From Acidimicrobiia bacterium (GTDB lineage Bacteria; Actinomycetota; Acidimicrobiia; Spongiisociales; ZC4RG35), in the NCBI GenBank assembly GCA_965203555.1, contig CBDBCY010000004.1, positions 2,656,001 through 2,720,000 of the forward strand: a stretch of DNA of 64,000 nucleotides, given 5' to 3'. The notes below the pieces were generated by a model. That model did not search any database. It was not told the DNA's origin and was given only the letters and a program-made list of their open reading frames with translations. The translations under genes and the position numbers were made by a program. Positions within the stretch are counted from its first letter, which is position 1; the number at the start of each line of letters is the position of its first letter. This document shows positions 57,122-64,000 of this stretch, in pieces.

Positions 57122-59071
57122 TTAGCAGGTGAAGTTCATGAACTCGTAGTTGTGGACGTAGAATGCCACCGTTCCCGGCAGGCTGTCCCACTCCAGACAC
57201 GCATCCTTGGCGTACAGCAGGTCGGCAAAGGCGATGGGGAGACCGAGACGGTTCTCGTATGCGAAGTCAAACAGCGCCGCAGCAGTGGTTTCCTTCTCCT
57301 CGTCGGTTCCACCTTCTCCGGACAGAGCCTCGTTGATCAACCGGTCGAGTTCCTCCGACTCACCTGAGTAGGAGAGACGGTCGGTGGTCCGGCTGTAGAA
57401 GCTCCACAACTGCGTACCCGAGTTGTAGACCGGCGGCGGGTAGCAGAACGCGAAATTGGCTTCCCGGTTGCTGGTCTGCCCTTCGACGATTCCGTACTCC
57501 GTGAACTGGGTGTTGACCGAGATACCCAGGTTGGTCCATTGCTGGGCCACGGCTTCTGCCACCTTGCCGCACCAGGGTCGGCCCGGATGCTGGGCGAAGT
57601 CGATGGTGATATCCAGGTCGGCGGGGGTCGCGTAGCCGGCTTCGGCCAACAGGGCGGTCGCCCGGTCGGGATCGTAAGGATCAGCCTCGCAGCCGGCCTG
57701 GAAACCCGGGAAGTGGGGCCACCAGGAATGGACGCAGGCATTCTCGGTGGTTCCCCTGCCGGCCAGCACGAAGTCCACGATTTCCTGCCGGTCGATGGCC
57801 AGCGACAGGGCCTCGCGGATCAGCTTGGCGTTTCCGGGATTGGTGTGATCACTCCATGGAGGCGGGTTCTCCGCAGCCGCGCCGGTTGGGTTCACGTAGT
57901 TACCGGTCAGGTAGATGGTGGGCATGCTCTGGTTGGGCAGAGACTGGATTCCCAGCTTGGCTGCCTGGGCAGTGGGAATCTGCTCGGCGCTGAGAGTCAT
58001 CAGGTCGGCGTCTCCAACCGCCAGCATGGCCAAACGGGTGTTGAACTCGGGAACGGCCTTTCTTACCACCTCTCCGATGGAGGGCGGCCGGGCGTAGTGA
58101 TCGGCGAACGCTTCGAACACCAGTTCCACACCGGGAGTGTGGCTCTTGAACTGGTAGGGTCCGGCGCCGATCGGCCATAGGGCAGCGGCCTCCTCACCCA
58201 CTTCCTCGATGTACTTGCGGGAAGTGATGGGGAAGCTCAGGGCCATCTCGCTCAAGGCGGGCACCACTTCGGGCGCCGGCAAGCCGTTGGCAGACACCAG
58301 TTTGAAGTTGTAGTCGTCGATGACTTCCACATTCACCCTGGCCAGGACCGCAGCCGCCGGACTGTTGGTGCCTTCCCGGACGGCGAGTTCGTGGCTGAAT
58401 ACGATGTCGTCGGTGGTCAACTCTCCCCAACCCTGGTGGAATTGGACACCCTGGTGGATCTCGAAGACGAACTCGGTGAAGTTGTCGTTACGCGACCAGG
58501 ACTTGGCCAGCCGGCCCTCTCCTTCAACTATCTCGCCGGTTATGAAGTCGTGATAGATGAGCGGTTCGTAGAGAGGCTGGAGGTTGAGCAGGGCGCCCAA
58601 ACTGCAGTTGGGGCACAGCCAGTCTTCGCCGCGCAGTGCCGGCAGGAGCACGACCATCCGGTCCTGAACCATTTCAGGGGCGGCTTCCACCACCTCGGCT
58701 TGGGCTTCCGCCAGCGCGGCTTCCGCTTCTGCGGCTTCTGCTTCGGCTTCCGCCAGCGCGGCCTCCGCGGCTGCCAGGGCCTCCTGGGCAGCCTCGCCAC
58801 CCTCGGCTGCGGCTTCCCTGGTGGCTTGCAATTCCGTCTGAGCCTCCGTTAGAGCAGCCTGCGCTGCTGCGGCTTCGGCTTCCGCCGCCGCGGCGGCTTC
58901 TGCTGCTTCCGCGGCTTCGGCCTCTGCCTCTGCTGCTGCCTCGGCTGCGGCCTCTGCCTGGGCTGCCGTTTCATCATCAGCTGTGTCATCTGTGCCGCAG
59001 GCGGCGGCTACCATGACCAGCGCAAGCAACAGAGCCCATACGCGACGCTTTGTTACTGAAGTAATCATCAA
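57122..59071 (-). CDS. ABC transporter substrate-binding lipoprotein (family 5, peptide/nickel) with Ala/Glu-rich N-terminal stalk
   Basis: Lipobox AAAC; ~100-aa A/E repeat; LAKSW, GVQFHQGWGELTTDD, PIGAGPY, IREALSLAIDRQEI. Confidence 0.88.
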   Translation of the reverse strand: MMITSVTKRRVWALLLALVMVAAACGTDDTADDETAAQAEAAAEAAAEAEAEAAEAAEAAAAAEAEAAAAQAALTEAQTELQATREAAAEGGEAAQEALAAAEAALAEAEAEAAEAEAALAEAQAEVVEAAPEMVQDRMVVLLPALRGEDWLCPNCSLGALLNLQPLYEPLIYHDFITGEIVEGEGRLAKSWSRNDNFTEFVFEIHQGVQFHQGWGELTTDDIVFSHELAVREGTNSPAAAVLARVNVEVIDDYNFKLVSANGLPAPEVVPALSEMALSFPITSRKYIEEVGEEAAALWPIGAGPYQFKSHTPGVELVFEAFADHYARPPSIGEVVRKAVPEFNTRLAMLAVGDADLMTLSAEQIPTAQAAKLGIQSLPNQSMPTIYLTGNYVNPTGAAAENPPPWSDHTNPGNAKLIREALSLAIDRQEIVDFVLAGRGTTENACVHSWWPHFPGFQAGCEADPYDPDRATALLAEAGYATPADLDITIDFAQHPGRPWCGKVAEAVAQQWTNLGISVNTQFTEYGIVEGQTSNREANFAFCYPPPVYNSGTQLWSFYSRTTDRLSYSGESEELDRLINEALSGEGGTDEEKETTAAALFDFAYENRLGLPIAFADLLYAKDACLEWDSLPGTVAFYVHNYEFMNFTC

Positions 59072-59222
59072 ACCCTCACTCCTTGTGGTCGTACTAACAG
59101 TCGGTCGTCTTCTGTCTCACAGAAAGCGCTCCCATTCAAGTTAGTCGGATTTTCGCTGCCCTTGACAGGCAATGGGCATTTTTTCTGTCCGCACTCCACT
59201 TTCAGGGTTGGATCAACTGTCA

Positions 59223-59254
59223 AAAGAGGACCAGGCGGACCCGGTCCTCTCTTT
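59223..59254. terminator. Hairpin terminator belonging to the fossil SBP 3' end
   Basis: AAAGAGGACC...GGTCCTCTCTTT; similar in sequence and position to 60311-60343. Confidence 0.6.
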
Positions 59255-59272
59255 GTTAGCGCGGTGAGTGAC

Positions 59273-59314
59273 TCAGCTGGTGTAGCGGAGATGCTCAAAG
59301 CGAGTCATTTACGG
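59273..59314 (-). pseudogene. Fossil copy of the SBP (60364-62403) 3' end
   Basis: P*MTRFEHLRYTS* versus PYMTRYEYLRYTS*; 3' flank GCGGTGAGTGAC versus GCGTTGAGTGAAC. Confidence 0.85.
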
Positions 59315-59435
59315 GTGTTCGCCTGACACGGACATGCCTTTACGACACACCGATTGCTGATAGAGGCACCTGCACGGAGTGCTTGAATACCGTGCTGCCC
59401 GGGTTCTATTCGGCGGACAGCTATTTTGACGGACC

Positions 59436-60299
59436 ATGTTGAACGTAGCGGGCCGAACGGCGGTGGTCACCGGAGCAGCCTCGGGAATCGGTCTGGCGAT
59501 GGCGAGGCTCTTTTCCAGGGAGGGCATGGCGGTGGTGGCGGCCGATGTGGATGCCGCTGGACTGGACAGCTTGGCGTCCGACCCCGGGTTTTCCTCTCCC
59601 GTGCGGACGGTTCCCACCGACGTGTCGGATCCATCGGCGGTGGCGGAACTGGCCGACCTGACGTTCCGGGAATTCGGTGAAGTGGGCATACTCTGCAACA
59701 ACGCCGGGGTGGGACCCATGGGGACCGTTTGGGAGGTCGACGTGCCGGAGTGGGAATGGGTGCTGGGCGTGAACCTGTGGGGGGTGATCAACGGCATCCG
59801 CTCTTTCCTGCCCCGTATGTTGGAGAGCGGCCTGCAAGGCCATGTGGTGAACACCGCCTCGATGGCCGGGCTGATCGCCGGGCGGGAGATGACTCCCTGG
59901 CGGCTGGGAGCGTATGCCGCCTCCAAGCACGCGGTGGTTGCCATCAGTCACACTCTCTACGCGGAACTGCGCACCGCTCGGGCGCCGATTGGAGTGTCGC
60001 TGCTGTGCCCGGCGGCGGTGAACACCCACATCTGGGACACCGAGCGGCACCGGCCTCCAGTGTCGTCCGGCGTCGAACCCACAGATCATTCCTTATCGGA
60101 GGCACAACGTCTCCGAGAGCAACTTCGGGCCGGGGTGGCAGTCGGCAGACCTCCGTCAGAGGTGGCCGAGTTGGTTCTTGAGGCGGTGCGCCAGGATCGC
60201 TTCTACGTTTTCACTTCTCCCGGTTCCGCGGGCCAGGTGGGTAACCACTATGACGACCTGGTCAATCTGCGCAATCCCCAGGTGCCGAATCTGGATTAG
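59436..60299 (+). CDS. Short-chain dehydrogenase/reductase
   Basis: TGAASGIG, NNAGV, VNTASMAG, YAASK. Confidence 0.92.
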   Translation: MLNVAGRTAVVTGAASGIGLAMARLFSREGMAVVAADVDAAGLDSLASDPGFSSPVRTVPTDVSDPSAVAELADLTFREFGEVGILCNNAGVGPMGTVWEVDVPEWEWVLGVNLWGVINGIRSFLPRMLESGLQGHVVNTASMAGLIAGREMTPWRLGAYAASKHAVVAISHTLYAELRTARAPIGVSLLCPAAVNTHIWDTERHRPPVSSGVEPTDHSLSEAQRLREQLRAGVAVGRPPSEVAELVLEAVRQDRFYVFTSPGSAGQVGNHYDDLVNLRNPQVPNLD

Positions 60300-60310
60300 C
60301 TGTTATAGAG

Positions 60311-60343
60311 AAGAGGGGCCGGGGAGAGTCCCGGCCCCTCTTC
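60311..60343. terminator. Intrinsic terminator hairpin between convergent genes
   Basis: GAAGAGGGGCCGGG...CCCGGCCCCTCTTC. Confidence 0.75.
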
Positions 60344-60363
60344 GTCAAGTGCGTTGAGTGAAC

Positions 60364-62403
60364 TCAGCTGGTATAGCGGAGGTACTCGTAGCGGGTCATG
60401 TAGGGGTTCCAAGGCGCCGGCAGGCCCACCCAATCGAGATTGGAGGTGAACACCAGCACCGAGTCCACATAGCCGATCGGGATGCCGAGCGTCCGGTCGT
60501 AGATGTAGTCGAACACCGCGCCGTGCGCTGCGGCAACGTCCTCGGGGAAGACCTGCGCAACGCAAGTGTTCATCAGGTCGTTGAGTTCCTCCGACTCCCC
60601 GGTGTAACTGAAGAAGTCACCGGTCCGGGTGTAGTAGCCCAGCAGGGTGCAGGGGTTGTCGAAGAAGGGAGCGGAGTACACGAACGCCGAGTACGCGCCT
60701 GCCTGACCCGACAGGGCCTGATAGGTGCGGTAGTCGGTCTGTGAACTGTCGATCTGGACTCCCAGGGCCGCCTGCCATTGCTGGGCGACCGCCTGCATCA
60801 CCGCGCCGGTGTAGGTGAGCTGGGGGTGCTCAGCAAAGTCGACGGGTATCACCAGCTGGGAAGGATCGGGATAGCCGGCTTCAGCCAACAGTGCCCTGGC
60901 GGCTTCCGGATCGTAGCTGTCCACTTCACAATCGTCGTTGTATCCCGGGGCTGCGGGCCAGAAGGACTGGACGCAGGCGCCCTCGGTGGTTCCCCGGCCA
61001 CCGAACAGGAAGTCAATGATCTCTTGGCGGTCGATGGCCAGCGACAGGGCCTTGCGAATCTTGATGTTGTTCTCTTCGTTGTCAGAGGCCCACGGAGGTG
61101 TGTTGTCCGGGTCGTACGTGGGTTCCAGGTACTCGCCGGGGAGATACACCGAGGGGAAACGCACGCCCGAGAGCGACACGACCTTCAGGTCGGGATCGGC
61201 GTCGACGCGGGGGATGTCGTCGAAGGTGGTGGGGGCCATCTGGGCCTCTCCCGCGTCGATCATGGCAGCCATGGTGGCTTCCTCGGACACCACCCGGAAC
61301 TCGATGATCTCGATGCCCGGGGTCACCCGCCAGTGATTGTCGACCGCCTCGAACGCCACATGGACATCCAATTCATGACTGTGGAACTCGAACGGACCCG
61401 TGCCGATCGGGCGGAAGCTGGCTTCCTCCCTGCCCACTTCTTCCACATATCTCTTGGAGACGATGGGCATTGCCGGAATCACCTCGTTGAGGATGCTCGG
61501 AAGCTGGACATTGGGTTCTGTCAGATTGACGATCACTGTGTAGTCATCGGGAGTCTCGATGCTGTCAACCCGCGAGAAATCCGGCTTGTTGGGGTTCACG
61601 CTCTCATCCAGGATGGCCAATTCCATGCTGAACTTCACATCGGCAGAGGTCAACTCGCCCCATCCGTCGTGGAACTGGATGCCCTTGCGCAAAACGAAGG
61701 TGTACTGGGTGAAATCGTCGTTGTGGGACCAGGTCTCGGCCAACTGGCCGGAGCCCTGCACCACATCACCGGTCTGATAGTCGCGGCACAGCAAATACTC
61801 GTACATGGGCATCACCGTGGCCTGGCTCTGGAATGGAGCGGTTGGGCCGAGCCAGTTCTGGTTGCCGATGCTGCCGAAGGCGTACACGACAGTGCCCCGA
61901 GCCGTCTGATCGGCAGTGGAGGGCGGGATGCAGGCGTGGCCCCTCTGCGCCAGATTGGTCTTGGCTGCTGCTTCGGCCGCCAAGAGGGCCTCTTCGGCTT
62001 CCATTGCCTGCATGGAAGCTTCTTCGGCTGCCATTTCGGCCTCTTCCAGCGCCATGGCGGCTTCTTCAGCGGCCATCTCGGCTTCGGCCAAAGCGGCCTG
62101 GGCTTCCTCGTCGCCCGCTTCGGCAGCTGCTCTCACGGAATCCAGTTCTTCCTGGGCTGCCGCCAGCGCCGCTTCGGCTTCGGCCGCTTCTTCAGCGGCC
62201 ATTGCCTCGGCGTCGGCTGCTGCGGCCTGGGCTGCGGCCAGTTCCGCTTCGGCTGCGGCCTGGGCAGCGGCCGCCGCCTCTGCGGCTTCCTGCGCCGCAG
62301 CGGCTGCAGCATCCGCCTGGGATGTGTCCTCGCCTCCGCAGGCGGAAGCCAGGAGAGCCAGGGCGGTCAGCACTGCCAGAACGGACAGTCGGGTTTTCTT
62401 CAT
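60364..62403 (-). CDS. ABC transporter substrate-binding lipoprotein (family 5) with Ala/Glu-rich N-terminal stalk
   Basis: Lipobox ASAC; ~120-aa A/E repeat; GIQFHDGWGELTSADV, PIGTGPF, IRKALSLAIDRQEI; paralog of 57122-59071. Confidence 0.88.
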   Translation of the reverse strand: MKKTRLSVLAVLTALALLASACGGEDTSQADAAAAAAQEAAEAAAAAQAAAEAELAAAQAAAADAEAMAAEEAAEAEAALAAAQEELDSVRAAAEAGDEEAQAALAEAEMAAEEAAMALEEAEMAAEEASMQAMEAEEALLAAEAAAKTNLAQRGHACIPPSTADQTARGTVVYAFGSIGNQNWLGPTAPFQSQATVMPMYEYLLCRDYQTGDVVQGSGQLAETWSHNDDFTQYTFVLRKGIQFHDGWGELTSADVKFSMELAILDESVNPNKPDFSRVDSIETPDDYTVIVNLTEPNVQLPSILNEVIPAMPIVSKRYVEEVGREEASFRPIGTGPFEFHSHELDVHVAFEAVDNHWRVTPGIEIIEFRVVSEEATMAAMIDAGEAQMAPTTFDDIPRVDADPDLKVVSLSGVRFPSVYLPGEYLEPTYDPDNTPPWASDNEENNIKIRKALSLAIDRQEIIDFLFGGRGTTEGACVQSFWPAAPGYNDDCEVDSYDPEAARALLAEAGYPDPSQLVIPVDFAEHPQLTYTGAVMQAVAQQWQAALGVQIDSSQTDYRTYQALSGQAGAYSAFVYSAPFFDNPCTLLGYYTRTGDFFSYTGESEELNDLMNTCVAQVFPEDVAAAHGAVFDYIYDRTLGIPIGYVDSVLVFTSNLDWVGLPAPWNPYMTRYEYLRYTS

Positions 62404-62524
62404 GGGTTCTCCTTTCTAGGGGAAGTCAACTAAACGTGAAATATCGTTCTCGTTGGCATTCCTTGATTTGCTGTCATATGGTATACGAAAGTCTTTGCCG
62501 GCATCCTGGGAAAGGACGGCATTA

Positions 62525-62857
62525 CCCTGATTCGTCATGAGGGGTGGGTGGTGGGGTGTGAAATGTGTGCGGGTGACCTTCTGACCTGCGATAATAGGAG
62601 ATTTCACAGTACGACTCCCGTGTGTCAGGAGGTTCACCCGCATGGTGAGAGGTTCACCCGCATGGTGAAAGGCTAGCAGTGTCAGTTCGGTGAGGGTGGT
62701 GGGGGATGTGGGGTTGCATGTGTTGGGCCGGTTTGCTGACCGGTGGGACGTGACCGGTGCCCTGTCGGGTGAACCGCCCTGGAGGATCTGGGAAGTTCCA
62801 CCGCTGTCGCAGCCCCCTGGCCGCAAGCCGTCTGCTGTGCTCTTTGGGAGATCAGGG
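62525..62857 (+). mobile_element. Internally deleted IS1380-like element (MITE-like remnant)
   Basis: Ends CCCTGAT / ATCAGGG. Contains a broken transposase N-terminus (VGLHVLGRFADRWDVTGALS) and a 20-bp tandem duplication AGGTTCACCCGCATGGTGA(G/A) at ~62630-62669. No clear target duplication. Confidence 0.5.
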
Positions 62858-62922
62858 GCGGTCTTGGCGAGTGTTCGGGTTTTCTATACTGACAAACGGG
62901 TGTCTGGTTCAGTTTCTTGCAC

Positions 62923-63288
62923 ATGACCGCATATTTCGAGAACTACCTCTTCGTGGCCGCTTTTGCCTTGCTGGGGGCGGTGCTGGTGCTGATCATGCTG
63001 GGAGTGGCGTCTATTCTTCGACCCCACAAGCCCACCGACGCCAAGAAGCTCACCTACGAGTGCGGGGTGGATCCGGTGGGTGAAGGCTGGAACCAGACCT
63101 ATGTCCGCTACTATGTGTTCGGCCTGCTGTTCGTGATTTTCGACGTGGAGGCGGCGTTCATATTCCCGTGGGCGATCCTGGCCGAGGAGTTGGGTGTGTT
63201 CGGGCTGGTGGCGATCATCATCTTCATGCTCACCCTGGTAGAGGGGTTGTTCTACGCCATCAAGAAGGGAGTCCTGCGGTGGGAGTGA
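62923..63288 (+). CDS. nuoA: NADH-quinone oxidoreductase subunit A
   Basis: [33 protein letters not shown]. Confidence 0.96.
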   Translation: MTAYFENYLFVAAFALLGAVLVLIMLGVASILRPHKPTDAKKLTYECGVDPVGEGWNQTYVRYYVFGLLFVIFDVEAAFIFPWAILAEELGVFGLVAIIIFMLTLVEGLFYAIKKGVLRWE

Positions 63289-63776
63289 TCCAGCGTTTCG
63301 GAGTTCCCCGCCCGGTCAGTTGGCTGCTCAACTGGTCGCGCCGGTATTCGCTGTGGATGTTCCAGTTCGGCCTGGCCTGCTGCGCCATCGAGATGATGGC
63401 GGCGTCGGGACCCCGCTATGACTTCATGCGGTTTGGCATCATCCCGCTGCCCGCCTCGCCCCGGCAGGCCGACCTGATGGTGGTGGCGGGGACCGTCACC
63501 GACAAGATGGCGCCGGCGGTGAAGCGGCTGTACGATCAGATGCCCGAGCCCAAATACGTGATCTCGATGGGGTCCTGCTCCAACTGCGGGGGTCCCTACT
63601 GGGATTCCTACTCGGTCACCAAGGGAGTGGACCAGATCATTCCGGTGGATGTTTACGTGCCGGGTTGCCCTCCCCGGCCCGAGGCGCTGATGGACGGGAT
63701 AGTCCTGTTGCAGGAAAAGATCAAGAACGAAGACATTAAAGAAAAGTGGAACGAGCGTGACCCCCAGCCCGTCTGA
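63279..63776 (+). CDS. nuoB: NADH-quinone oxidoreductase subunit B
   Basis: [42 protein letters not shown]. Start GTG 63279. Confidence 0.96.
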   Translation: MGVIQRFGVPRPVSWLLNWSRRYSLWMFQFGLACCAIEMMAASGPRYDFMRFGIIPLPASPRQADLMVVAGTVTDKMAPAVKRLYDQMPEPKYVISMGSCSNCGGPYWDSYSVTKGVDQIIPVDVYVPGCPPRPEALMDGIVLLQEKIKNEDIKEKWNERDPQPV

Positions 63777-64000
63777 TGTTGAGATGACAGAGGCCGACGG
63801 CGCCGGAGACGGTCGACCGCTGGTGGAACGGGTCGCCGAAGCGGTGGGCGGTGCGGCCTTGGATGCCCTGGAAACCGCCAAGGTGGGAGTATCCGCCGAT
63901 CGATGGGTGCAGACCGTGCGCATGGCGCGCGACGAATTGGGACTGGGTTTTTTCTCCTGGCTGTCAGCCATCCACTGGGCCAACGATCCGCAGGTGGGAG
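63757..64000 (+). CDS. nuoC: NADH-quinone oxidoreductase subunit C (3'-partial)
   Basis: Frame open to the window end (...[26 protein letters not shown]...); position after nuoB. Confidence 0.75.
   Translation, partial: MTPSPSDVEMTEADGAGDGRPLVERVAEAVGGAALDALETAKVGVSADRWVQTVRMARDELGLGFFSWLSAIHWANDPQVG

Noticed and set aside
58690-58970. GCTTC/GCGGC-type repeats here and at 61960-62320 as a DNA repeat array
   Set aside because: They simply encode the Ala/Glu-rich stalks of the SBPs.
60778-62433. 551-aa plus-strand ORF and nearby poly-Ala/Ser ORFs
   Set aside because: Antisense to the SBP gene and its Ala/Glu repeat.

Overview
This is a high-GC (~63% by eye) actinobacterial chromosome segment. 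Gene content and order (DUF3499-manB-Trm112-SIS-ahcY, tilS-hpt-ftsH, tatBC-helY, sigH/anti-sigma, F420 LLM oxidoreductase, SLH protein, Ala/Glu-rich ABC lipoproteins) suggest class Acidimicrobiia (inference). Most of it is housekeeping: corrinoid uptake/salvage, mannose-phosphate metabolism, NAD salvage (pncB/pncA), lysS, CoA/pantothenate genes, ftsH, Tat export, rlmN, metY and the start of the nuo operon. Accessory DNA comprises a Fic gene, an island between pncB and pncA (amidohydrolase, HTH plus PIN remnant, AlbA_2/Schlafen-GHKL protein), an IS1182 element with an in-frame amber stop, degenerate IS3 fragments, a frameshifted DUF222-HNH gene and an IS1380-derived MITE. Four signals are not explained by the ORF track. 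(1) Three independent 'fossil 3-prime gene ends' (ahcY, amidohydrolase, ABC SBP) each lie 0.7-1.1 kb downstream of the intact gene and bracket a small opposite-strand cargo, a recurrent integrase-free 3'-end-replacement islet pattern. (2) A ~145-nt three-hairpin C-rich-loop sRNA with a near-consensus TTGACA-N18-TATTAT promoter lies upstream of lysS. (3) An unannotated 38-aa Met/Cys-containing leader peptide precedes metY. (4) An unannotated Trm112 gene is present. All product calls come from motif recognition by eye; no database searches were run.
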